64,000 nt of DNA from the human T2T-CHM13v2.0 reference genome, Homo sapiens, in the NCBI RefSeq assembly GCF_009914755.1, contig NC_060936.1; one strand, written 5' to 3'. Under the pieces are notes generated by a model. That model had not been told where the DNA came from. It saw only the letters and a program-made list of their open reading frames with translations, and ran no database searches. The position numbers were made by a program, and so were the translations under genes. Numbering within the stretch: the first letter of the stretch is position 1; every line of letters starts with the position of its first letter. Of this stretch, positions 52,401-64,000 are shown piece after piece.

Positions 52401-55400
52401 ACACACATCAAAAAGAAGTTTCTGTGAATGATTCTGTCTAGATTTTATAAGAAGATGTTTCCTTTTCTACCGTAGGACTCAAAGCGCTTGAAATCTCCAG
52501 CTGCAAATTCCACAAAAAGGGTGTTTAACATCTGCTCTTCTAAAGGAAAGTTCAACTCAATGAGTTGAATACACACAGCACAAAGAAGTTACTGAGACTT
52601 CTCCTATCAAACATTATATGAAGAAATCCCGTTTCCAACGAAGGCCTCAAAGAGGTCAAAATATGTGCTTGCAGACTTTAAAGACAGAGTTTTTCCAAAC
52701 TGCTCCATCAAAAGAAAGGTTAAACTCCTTGAGTTGAACACACACATCACAAAGTAGTTTCTGTGAATGATTCTGTCTAGTTTTTATACGAAGATGTTTC
52801 CTTTTCTACCTTTAGTCTCAAAGCGATTGAAATCTCCACATGGAAACTCCACAAAAAGAGTGTTTCAAATCTGCTCTTTCTGAAGGAAGGTTCAACTCTG
52901 TGAGTTGAATACACACACCACAAATAAGTTACTGAGAATTCTTCTGTGTAAAATTATATGAGGAAATCCCGTTTCCAACGAAGGCCTCAAAGAGGTCCAA
53001 ATATCCACTTGCAGACTTTACAAAGACAGTGTCTCCAAACTCCTCCATCAAAAGAAAGGTTATACTCTGTGAATTGAACGCACACATCACAAAGTAGTTT
53101 CTGAGAATGATTCTGTCTAGTTTTTATACGAAGATATTTCCTTTTCTACATTTGGCCTAAAAGCGCTTGAAATCTCCACCTGCAAATATCACAAAAAGAG
53201 GGTTTCACATCTGCTCTGTCTAAAGGACAGTTCACCTCTGTGAGTTGAATAGAGGCAACACAAAGAACTTAGTCAGTATTCTTCTTTCTAGCGTTCTATG
53301 AAGAAATCCCGTTTCCAACGAAGGCCCCAATGAGGTCCAAATATCTGCTTGCAGACTTTACAGACAGAGTGTTTCCAAACTACTCTATGAAAAGAAAGCT
53401 TAAACTCCTTGAGTTGAACGCACACATCACAAAGTAGTTTCTGAGAATGATTCTGTCTAGTTTTTATACGAAGATGTTTCCTTTTCTACATTTGGTCTCA
53501 AAGCGATTGAAATCTCCAACTGGAAACTGCACAAATAGGGTGTTTCAAATCTGCTCTGTCTAAAGGAAGGTTCAACTCTGTGAGTTGAATACACACACCA
53601 CAAATAAGTTACTGAGAATTCTTCTGTCGAACATTACTTGAAGAAATCCCGTTTCCAACGAAGGCCTCAAAGAGGTCCAAATATCCACTTGCAGACATTA
53701 CAAACAGAGTGTTTCCAAACTGCTCCATCAAAAGAAAGGTTAAACTCTGTGAGCTGAACACACACATCAAAAAGAAGTTTCTGTGAATGATTCTGTCTGG
53801 ATTTTATAAGAAGATGTTTCCTTTTCTACCGTAGGCCTCAAAGCGCTTGAAATCTCCAGCTGCAAATTCCACAAAAAGGGTGTTTAACATCTGCTCTTCT
53901 AAAGGAAAGTTCAACTCTATGAGTTGAATACACACAGCACAAAGAAGTTACTGAGACTTCTCCCATCAAACATTATATGAAGAAATCCCGTTTCCAACGA
54001 AGGCCTCAAAGAGGTCCAAATATCTGCTTGCAGACTTTACAGACAGAGTGTTTCCAAACTGCTCCATCAAAAGAAAGGTTAAACTCCTTGAGTTGAACAC
54101 ACACATCACAAAGTAGTTTCTGTGAATGATTCTGTCTAGTTTTTATACGAAGATGTTTCCTTTTCTACCTTTGGTCTCAAAGCGATTGAAATCTCCACAT
54201 GGAAACACCACAAAAAGAGTGTTTCAAATCTGCTCTTTCTGAAGGAAGGTTCAACTCTGTGAGTTGAATACACACACCACAAATAAGTTACTGAGAATTC
54301 TTCTGTGTAACAGTATATGAGGAAATCCCGTTTCCAACGAAGGCCTCAAAGAGGTCCAAATATCCACTTGCAGACTTTACAAAGACAGTGTCTCCAAACT
54401 CCTCCATCAAAAGAAAGGTTATACTCTGTGAATTGAACGCACACATCACAAAGTAGTTTCTGAGAATGATTCTGTCTAGTTTTTATACGAAGATATTTCC
54501 TTTTCTACATTTGGCCTAAAAGCGCTTGAAAACTCCACGTGCAAATATCACAAAAAGAGGGTTTCACACCTGCTCTGTCTAAAGGACAGTTCACCTCTGT
54601 GAGTTGAATAGAGGCAACACAAAGAACTTACTCAGTATTCTTCTTTCTAGCGTTCTATGAAGAAATCCCGTTTACAACGAAGGCCTCAAAGAGGTCCAAA
54701 TATCTGCTTGCAGACTTTACAGACAGAGTGTTTCCAAACTACTCTATGAAAAGAAAGCTTAAACTCCTTGAGTTGAACGCACACATCACAAAGTAGTTTC
54801 TGAGAATGATTCTGTCTAGTTTTTATACGAAGATATTTCCTTTTCTACATTTGTCTCAAAGCGATTGAAATCTCCAACTGGAAACTGCACAAATAGGGTG
54901 TTTCAAATCTGCTCTGTCTAAAGGGAGGTTCAACTCTGTGAGTTCAATACACACACCACAAATAAGTTACTGAGAATTCTTCTGTCGAACATTACATGAA
55001 GAAATCCCGTTTCCAACGAAGGCCTCAAAGAGGTCCAAATATCCACTTGCAGAGATTACAAACAGTGTGTTTCCAAACTGCTCCATCAAAAGAAAGGTTA
55101 AACTCTGTGAGCTGAACACACACATCAAAAAGATGTTTCTGTGAATGATTCTGTCTAGATTTTATAAGAAGATGTTTCCTTTTCTACAGTAGGCCTCAAA
55201 GCGCTTGAAATCTCCAGCTGCAAATTCCACAAAAAGGGTGTTTAACATCTGCTCTTCTAAAGGAAAGTTCAAATCTATGAGTTGAATACACACAGCACAA
55301 AGAAGTTACTGAGACTTCTCCTATCAAACATTATATGAAGAAATCCCGTTTCCAACGAAGGCCTCAAAGAGGTCCAAATATCTGCTTGCAGACTTTACAG

Positions 55401-58400
55401 ACAGAGTGTTTCCAAACTGCTCCATCAAAAGAAAGGTTAAACTCCTTGAGTTGAACACACACATCACAAAGTAGTTTCTGTGAATGATTCTGTCTAGTTT
55501 TTATACGAAGATGTTTCCTTTTCTACCTTTGGTCTCAATGCGATTGAAATCTCCACATGGAAACTCCACAAAAAGAGTGTTTCAAATCTGCTCTTTCTGA
55601 AGGAAGGTTCAACTCTGTGAGTTGAATACACACACCACAAATAAGTTACTGAGAATTCTTCTGTGTAACATTATATGAGGAAATCCCGTTTCCAACGAAG
55701 GCCTCAAAGAGGTCCAAATATCCACTTGCAGACTTTACAAAGACAGTGTCTCCAAACTCCGCCATCAAAAGAAAGGTTATACTCTGTGAATTGAACGCAC
55801 ACATCACAAAGTAGTTTCTGAGAATGATTCTGTCTAGTTTTTATACGAAGATATTTCCTTTTCTACATTTGGCCTAAAAGCGCTTGAAATCTCCACCTGC
55901 AAATATCACAAAAAGAGGGTTTCACATCTGCTCTGTCTAAAGGACAGTTCACCTCTGTGAGTTGAATAGAGGCAACACAAAGAACTTACTCAGTATTCTT
56001 CTTTCTAGCGTTCTATGAAGAAATCCCGTTTCCAACGAAGGCCTCAAAGAGGTCCAAATATCTGCTTGCACACTTTACAGACAGAGTGTTTCCAAACTAC
56101 TCTATGAAAAGAAAGCTTAAACTCCTTGAGTTGAACGCACACATCACAAAGAGTTTCTGAGAATGATTCTGTCTAGTTTTTATACGAAGATGTTTCCTTT
56201 TCTACATTTGGTCTCAAAGCAATTGAAATCTCCAACTGGAAACTGCACAAATAGGGTGTTTCAAATTTGCTCTGTCTAAAGGAAGGTTCAACTCTGTGAG
56301 TTGAATACACACACCACAAATAAGTTACTGAGAATTCTTCTCCCGAACATTACTTGAAGAAATCCCGTTTCCAACGAAGGCCTCAAAGAGGTCCAAATAT
56401 CCACTTGCAGACATTACAAACAGAGTGTTTCCAAACGGCTCCATCAAAAGAAAGGTTAAACTCTGTGAGCTGAACACACACATCAAAAAGAAGTTTCTGT
56501 GAATGATTCTGTCTAGATTTTATAAGATGTTTCCTTTTCTACCGTAGGCCTCAAAGCGCTTGAAATCTCCAGCTGCAAATTCCACAAAAAGGGTGTTTAA
56601 CATCTGCTCTTCTAAAGGAAAGTTCAACTCTATGCGTTGAATACACACAGCACAAAGAAGTTACTGAGACTTCTCCTATCAAACATTATATGAAGAAATC
56701 CCGTTTCCAACGAAGGCCTCAAAGAGGTCCAAATATCTGCTTGCAGACTTTACAGACAGAGTGTTTCCAAACTGCTCCATCAAAAGAAAGGTTAAACTCC
56801 TTGAGTTGAACACACACATCACAAAGTAGTTTCTGTGAATGATTCTGTCCAGTTTTTATACGAAGATGTTTCCTTTTCTACCTTTGGTCTCAAAGCGATT
56901 GAAATCTCCACATGGAAACTCCACAAAAAGAGTGTTTCAAATCTGCTCTTTCTGAAGGAAGGTTCAACTCTGTGAGTTGAATACACACACCACAAATAAG
57001 TTACTGAGAATTCTTCTGTGTAACATTATATGAGGAAATCCCGTTTCCAACGAAGGCCTCAAAGAGGTCCAAATATCCACTTGCAGACTTTACAAAGACA
57101 GTGTCTCCAAACTCCTCCATCAAAAGAAAGGTTATACTCTGTGAATTGAACGCACACATCACAAAGTAGTTTCTGAGAATGATTCTGTCTAGTTTTTATA
57201 CGAAGATATTTCCTTTTCTACATTTGGCCTAAAAGCGCTTGAAATCTGCACGTGCAAATATCACAAAAAGAGGGTTTCACATCTGCTCTGTCTAAAGGAC
57301 AGTTCACCTCTGTGAGTTGAATAGAGGCAACACAAAGAACTTACTCAGTATTCTTCTTTCTAGCGTTCTATGAAGAAATCCCGTTTCCAACGAAGGCCTC
57401 AAAGAGGTCCAAATATCTGCTTGCAGACTTTACAGACAGAGTGTTTCCAAACTACTCTATGAAAAGAAAGCTTAAACTCCTTGAGTTGAACGCACACATC
57501 ACAAAGTAGTTTCTGAGAATGATTCTGTCTAGTTTTTATACGAAGATGTTTCCTTTTCTACATTTGGTCTCAAAGCGATTGAAATCTCCAACTGGAAACT
57601 GCACAAATAGGGTGTTTCAAATCTGCTCTGTCTAAAGGAAGGTTCAACTCTGTGAGTTGAATACACACACCACAAATAAGTTACTGAGAATTCTTCTGTC
57701 GAACATTACTTGAAGAAATCCCGTTTCCAAAGAAGGCCTCAAAGAGGTCCAAATATCCACTTGCAGACATTACAAACAGAGTGTTTCCAAACTGCTCCAT
57801 CAAAAGAAAGGTTAAACTCTGTGAGCTGAACACACACATCAAAAAGAAGTTTCTGTGAATGATTCTGTCTAGATTTTATAAGAAGATGTTTCCTTTTCTA
57901 CCGTAGGCCTCAAAGCGCTTGAAATCTCCAGCTGCAAATTCCACAAAAAGGGTGTTTAACATCTGCTCTTCTAAAGGAAAGTTCAGCTCAATGAGTTGAA
58001 TACACACAGCACAAAGAAGTTACTGAGACTTCTCCTATCAAACATTATATGAAGAAATCCCGTTTCCAACGAAGGCCCCAAAGAGGTCCAAATATCTGCT
58101 TGCAGACTTTACAAAGACAGTGTCTCCAAACTCCTCCATCAAAAGAAAGGTTATACTCTGTGAATTGAACGCACACATCACAAAGTAGTTTCTGAGAATG
58201 ATTCTGTCTAGTTTTTATATGAAGATATTTCCTTTTCTACATTTGGCCTAAAAGCGCTTGAAATCTCCACCTGCAAATATCACAAAAAGAGGGTTTCACA
58301 TCTGCTCTTTCTAAAGGACAGTTCACCTCTGTGAGTTGAATAGAGGCAACACAAAGAACTTACTCAGTATTCTTCTTTCTAGCGTTCTATGAAGAAATCC

Positions 58401-61400
58401 CGTTTCCAACGAAGGCCCCAAAGAGGTCCAAATATCTGCTTGCAGACTTTACAGACAGTGTTTCCAAACTACTTTATGAAAAGAAAGCTTAAACTCCTTG
58501 AGTTGAACGCTCACATCACAAAGTAGTTTCTGAGAATGATTCTGTCTAGTTTTAATACGAAGATGTTTCCTTTTCTACATTTGGTCTCAAAGCGATTGAA
58601 ATCTCCAACTGGAAACTGCACAAATAGGGTGTTTCAAATCTGCTCTGTCTAAAGGAAGGTTCAACTCTGTGAGTTGAATACACACACCACAAATAAGTTA
58701 CTGAGAATTCTTCTGTCGAACATTACTTGAAGAAATCCCGTTTCCAACGAAGGCCTCAAAGAGGTCCAAATATCTGTTTGCAGACTTTACAGATAGAGTG
58801 TTTCCAAACTGCTCCATGAAAAGAAAGGTTAAACTCCTTGAGTTGATCACACACATCACAAAGTAGTTTCTGTGAATGATTCTGTCTAGTTTTTATACGA
58901 AGATGTTTCCTTTTCTACCTTTGGTCTCAAAGCGATTGAAATCTCCACATGGAAACTCCACAAAAAGAGGGTTTCAAATCTGCTCTTTCTGAAGGAAGGT
59001 TCACCTCTGTGAGTTGAATAAACACACCACAAATAAGTTACTGAGAATTCTTCTGTGTAACATTATATGAGGAAATCCCGTTTCCAACGAAGGCCTCAAA
59101 GAGGTCCAAATATCCACTTGCAGACTTTAGAAACACAGTGTCTCCAAACTCCTCCATCAAAAGAAAGGTTATACTCTGTGAAATGAACGCACACATCAGA
59201 AAGTAGTTTCTGAGAATGATTCTGTCTAGTTTTTCTACGAAGATATTTCCTTTTCTACATTTGGCCTAAAAGCGCTTGAAATCTCCACCTGCAAATATCA
59301 CAAAAAGAGGGTTTCACATCTGCTCTGTCTAAAGGACAGTTCACCTCTGCGAGTTGAATAGAGGCAACACAAAGAACTTACTCAGTATTCTTCTTTCTAG
59401 CGTTCCATGAAGAAATCCCGTTTCCAACGAAGGCCCCAAAGAGGTCCAAATATCTGCTTGCAGACTTTACAGACAGAGTGTTTCCAAACTACTCTATGAA
59501 AAGAAAGCTTAAACTCCTTGAGTTGAACGCACACATCACAAAGTAGTTTCTGAGAATAATTCTGTCTAGTTTTTATACGAAGATGTTTCCTTTTCTACAT
59601 TTGGTCTCAAAGCGATTGAAATCTCCAACTGGAAACTGCACAAATAGGGTGTTTCAAATCTGCTCTGTCTAAAGGAAGGTTCAACTCTGTGAGTTGAATA
59701 CACACACCACAAATAAGTTACTGAGAATTCTTCTGTCGAACATTACAGGAAAAAATCCCGTTTCCAACGAAGGCCTCAAAGAGGTCCAAATATCCACTTG
59801 CAGAGATTACAAACAGTGTGTTTCCAAACTGCTCCATCAAAAGAAAGGTTAAACTCTGTGAGCTGAACACACACATCAAAAAGAAGTTTCTGTGAATGAT
59901 TCTGTCTAGATTTTATAAGAAGATGTTTCCTTTTCTAACGTAGGCCTCAAAGCGCTTGAAATCTCCAGCTGCAAATTCCACAAAAAGGGTGTTTAACATC
60001 TGCTCTTCTAAAGGAAAGTTCAACTCTATGAGTTGAATACACACAGCACAAAGAAGTTACTGAGACTTCTCCTATCAAACATTATATGAAGAAATCCCGT
60101 TTCCAACGAAGGCCTCAAAGAGGTCCAAATATCTGCTTGCAGACTTTACAGACAGAGTGTTTCCAAACTGCTCCATCAAAAGAAAGGTTAAACTCCTTGA
60201 GTTGAACACACACATCACAAAGTAGTTTCTGTGAATGATTCTGTCTAGTTTTTATACGAAGATATTTCCTTTTCTACCTTTGGTCTCAAAGCGATTGAAA
60301 TCTCCACATGGAAACTCCACAAAAAGAGTGTTTCAAATCTGCTCTTTCTGAAGGAAGGTTCAACTCTGTGAGTTGAATACACACACCACAAATAAGTTAC
60401 TGAGAATTCTTCTGTGTAACATTATATGAGGAAATCCCGTTTCCAACGAAGGCCTCAAAGAGGTCCAAATATCCACTTGCAGACTTTACAAAGACAGTGT
60501 CTCGAAACTCCTCCATCAAAAGAAAGGTTATACTCAGTGAATTGAGCGCACACATCAGAAAGTAGTTTCTGAGAATGACTGTCTAGTTTTTATACAAAGA
60601 TATTTCCTTTTCTACATTTGGCCTAAAAGCGCTTGAAATCTCCACCTGCAAATATCACAAAAAGAGGGTTTCACATCTGCTCTGTCTAAAGGACAGTTCA
60701 CCTCTGTGAGTTGAATAGAGGCAACACAAAGAACTTACTCAGTATTCTTCTTTCTAGCGTTCTATGAAGAAATCCCGTTTCCAACGAAGGCCCCAAAGAG
60801 GTCCAAATATCTGCTTGCACACTTTACAGACAGAGTGTTTCCAAACTACTCTATGAAAAGAAAGCTTAAACTCCTTGAGTTGAACGCACACATCACAAAG
60901 TAGTTTCTGAGAATGATTCTGTCTAGTTTTTATACGAAGATGTTTCCTTTTCTACATTTGGTCTCAAAGCGATTGAAATCTCCAACTGGAAACTGCACAA
61001 ATAGGGTGTTTCAAATCTGCTCTGTCTAAAGGAAGGTTCAACTCTGTGAGTTGAATACACACACCACAAATAAGTTACTGAGAATTCTTCTGTCTAACAT
61101 TACTTGAAGAAATCCCGTTTCCAACGAAGGCCTCAAAGAGGTCCAAATAACCACTTGCAGACATTACAAACAGAGTGTTTCCAAACTGCTCCATCAAAAG
61201 AAAGGTTAAACTCTGTGAGCTGAACACACACATCAAAAAGAAGTTTCTGTGAATGATTCTGTCTAGATTTTATAAGAAGATGTTTCCTTTTCTACCGTAG
61301 GCCTCAAAGCGCTTGAAATCTCCAGCTGCAAATTCCACAAAAAGGGTGTTTAACATCTGCTCTTCTAAAGGAAAGTTCAACTCTATGAGTTGAATACACA

Positions 61401-64000
61401 CAGCACAAAGAAGTTACTGAGACTTCTCCTATCAAACATTATATGAAGAAATCCCGTTTCCAACGAAGGCCTCAAAGAGGTCCAAATATCTGCTTGCAGA
61501 CTTTAAAGACAGAGTTTTTCCAAACTGCTCCATCAAAAGAAAGGTTAAACTCCTTGAGTTGAACACACACATCACAAAGTAGTTTCTGTGAATGATTCTG
61601 TCTAGTTTTTATACGAAGATGTTTCCTTTTCTACCTTTGGTCTCAAAGCGATTGAAATCTCCACATGGAAACTCCACAAAAAGAGTGTTTCAAATCTGCT
61701 CTTTCTGAAGGAAGGTTCAACTCTGTGAGTTGAATACACACACCACAAATAAGTTACTGAGAATTCTTCTGTGTAACATTATATGAGGAAATCCCGTTTC
61801 CAACGAAGGCCTCAAAGAGGTCCAAATATCCACTTGCAGACTTTACAAAGACAGTGTCTCCAAACTCCTCCATCAAAAGAAAGGTTATACTCTGTGAATT
61901 GAACGCACACATCACAAAGTAGTTTCTGAGAATGATTCTGTCTAGTTTTTATACGAAGATATTTCCTTTTCTACATTTGGCCTAAAAGCGCTTGAAATCT
62001 CCACGTGCAAATATCACAAAAAGAGGGTTTCACACCTGCTCTGTCTAAAGGACAGTTCACCTCTGTGAGTTGAATAGAGGCAACACAAAGAACTTACTCA
62101 GTATTCTTCTTTCTTGCGTTCTATGAAGAAATCCCGTTTCCAACGAAGGCCCCAAAGAGGTCCAAATATCTGCTTGCACACTTTACAGACAGAGTGTTTC
62201 CAAACTACTCTATGAAAAGAAAGCTTAAACTCCTTGAGTTGAACGCACACATCACAAAGTAGTTTCTGAGAATGATTCTGTCCAGTTTTTATACGAAGAT
62301 GTTTCCTTTTCTACATTTGGTCTCAAAGCGATTGAAATCTCCAACTGGAAACTGCACAAATACGGTGTTTCAAATCTGCTCTGTCTAAAGGAAGGTTCAA
62401 CTCTGTGAGTTGAATACACACACCACAAATAAGTTACTGAGAATTCTTCTGTCGAACATTACTTGAAGAAATCCCGTTTCCAACGAAGGCCTCAAAGAGG
62501 TCCAAATATTCACTTGCAGATATTACAAACAGAGTGTTTCCAAACTGCTCCATCAAAAGAAAGGTTAAACTCTGTGAGCTGAACACACACATCAAAAACA
62601 AGTTTCTGTGAATGATTCTGTCTAGATTTTATAAGAAGATGTTTCCTTTTCTACCGTAGGACTCAAAGCGCTTGAAATCTCCAGCTGCAAATTCCACAAA
62701 AAGGGTGTTTAACATCTGCTCTTCTAAATGAAAGTTCAACTCTATGAGTTGAATACACACAGCACAAAGAAGTTACTGAGACTTCTCCTATCAAACATTA
62801 TATGAAGAAATCCCGTTTCCAACGAAGGCCTCAAAGAGGTCCAAATATCTGCTTGCAGACTTTAAAGACAGAGTTTTTCCAAACTGCTCCATCAAAAAAA
62901 AGGTTAAACTCCTTGAGTTGAACACACACATCACAAAGTAGTTTCTGTGAATGATTCTGTCTAGTTTTTATACGAAGATGTTTCCTTTTCTAGCTTTGGT
63001 CTCAAAGCGATTGAAATCTCCACATGGAAACTCCACAAAAAGAGTGCTTCAAATCTGCTGTTTCTGAAGGAAGGTTCAACTCTGTGAGTTGAATACACGC
63101 ACCACAAATAAGTTACTGGGAATTCTTCTGTGTAAAATTATATGAGGAAATCCCGTTTCCAACGAAGGCCTCAAAGAGGTCCAAATATCCACTTGCAGAC
63201 TTTACAAAGACAGTGTCTCCAAACTCCTCCATCAAAAGAAAGGTTATACTCTGTGAATTGAACGCACACATCACAAAGTAGTTTCTGAGAATGATTCTGT
63301 CTAGTTTTTATACGAAGATATTTCCTTTTCTACATTTGGCCTAAAAGCGCTTGAAATCTCCACCTGCAAATATCACAAAAAGAGGGTTTCACATCTGCTC
63401 TGTCTAAAGGACAGTTCACCTCTGTGAGTTGAATAGAGGCAACACAAAGAACTTACTCAGTATTCTTCTTTCTAGCGTTCTATGAAGAAATCCCGTTTCC
63501 AACGAAGGCCCCAATGAGGTCCAAATATCTGCTTGCAGACTTTACAGACAGAGTGTTTCCAAACTACTCTATGAAAAGAAAGCTTAAACTCCTTGAGTTG
63601 AACGCACACATCACAAAGTAGTTTCTGAGAATGATTCTGTCTAGTTTTTATACGAAGATGTTTCCTTTTCTACATTTGGTCTCAAAGCGATTGAAATCTC
63701 CAACTGGAAACTGCACAAATAGGGTGTTTCAAATCTGCTCTGTCTAAAGGAAGGTTCAACTCTGTGAGTTGAATACACACACCACAAATAAGTTACTGAG
63801 AATTCTTCTGTCGAACATTACTTGAAGAAATCCCGTTTCCAACGAAGGCCTCAAAGAGGTCCAAATATCCACTTGCAGACATTACAAACAGAGTGTTTCC
63901 AAACTGCTCCATCAAAAGAAAGGTTAAACTCTGTGAGCTGAACACACACATCAAAAAGAAGTTTCTGTGAATGATTCTGTCTAGATTTTATAAGAAGATG
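40059..64000 (-). repeat. Second copy of a large intra-array duplication (paralog of ~2366-25300)
   Basis: Dozens of rare variants recur in the same order at offsets of 37693, 42108, 41768, 40749, 42107 and 38713 bp, with the offsets changing by whole numbers of dimers. Confidence 0.9.
51268..58057 (-). repeat. Run of five canonical ABCD 8-mer HORs
   Basis: A dimers start at 51268, 52627, 53986, 55344 and 56699; the next non-canonical (D to B) junction is at 58058. Confidence 0.9.

Larger units (their letters stand above)
1..64000 (-). repeat. Alpha-satellite higher-order repeat array, SF1 dimeric (J1/J2-type) family
   Basis: Continuous ~170-bp monomers forming ~340-bp dimers from end to end. 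On the minus strand every second monomer reads CTTCGTTGGAAACGGGATTTCTTCA, the SF1-style CENP-B box context. The alternate monomer carries ttccttttctac (A-box/pJalpha-like position). All copies share one orientation. Confidence 0.98.
1..64000 (-). repeat. Probable chromosome 12 active centromeric array D12Z3 (S1C12H1L-like 8-mer HOR)
   Basis: SF1 8-mer of 1359 bp with one HindIII site (aagctt, e.g. 417-422, dimer C) and one PvuII site (cagctg, e.g. 2237-2242, dimer D) per canonical unit, and no consensus RsaI or PstI site. The human SF1 8-mers I know are D10Z1 and D12Z3, and my recollection of their restriction periodicities favours D12Z3. Not alignment-verified. Confidence 0.7.

Noticed and set aside
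62893-62901. caaaaaaaa homopolymer in place of caaaagaaa
   Set aside because: Single G to A substitution or a base-calling error; not a retrotransposon tail.
328-63847. Conserved ~40-bp motif at regular spacing that superficially resembles a CRISPR array
   Set aside because: The intervening sequence is itself repeated alphoid DNA (~300 bp, four types) rather than unique spacers. There are no cas genes, and the motif is the CENP-B box region.
1-64000. Possible Alu or L1 insertion, inversion or non-alphoid island
   Set aside because: Box-to-box spacing stays 336-340 bp throughout with the same orientation, leaving no room for an insert. I saw no poly-A tail or strand switch.
1-64000. Assignment to SF2 8-mers (chr14/22, chr18 or chr20 type) or to chr10 D10Z1
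   Set aside because: The box context GGGATTTCTTCA and GAATTCTCAGTAAC is SF1-like rather than the SF2 GGGAATATCTTC. D10Z1 is disfavoured only by recalled restriction periodicities, so it is not fully excluded without alignment.

Overview
The whole 64 kb is uninterrupted primate (most likely human) centromeric alpha-satellite, read antisense to the usual published orientation. It belongs to dimeric suprachromosomal family 1 (SF1), with a CENP-B box about every 340 bp. The basic unit is a 1359-bp 8-monomer higher-order repeat (HOR) built from four distinguishable dimers, each defined here as starting at its CENP-B box. Dimer A carries ccacatggaaactcc and ends gtgtaacattatatgagg. Dimer B carries acaaagacagtgtctcc and ends ctagcgttctatg. 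Dimer C carries actctatgaaaagaaagctt and ends gtcgaacattacttg. Dimer D (339 bp) carries gacattacaaacag and ends ctcctatcaaacattatatg. An SF1 8-mer with one HindIII and one PvuII site per unit best fits the chromosome 12 active array D12Z3; this is an inference and was not database-checked. I see no genes, transposons or inversions, and the listed ORFs are repeat artefacts. I do not find a new gene system. The notable signal is hidden, nested duplication architecture recovered from rare variants: a ~38-42 kb macro-duplication, two different ~3.4-kb 20-mer tandem duplications, a 14-mer local subfamily, about 25 parity-preserving non-canonical junctions concentrated at two positions in the dimer, short conversion-like patches, and clustered CENP-B box disruptions. 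Coordinates and counts were read by eye and may be off by a few bases or events.
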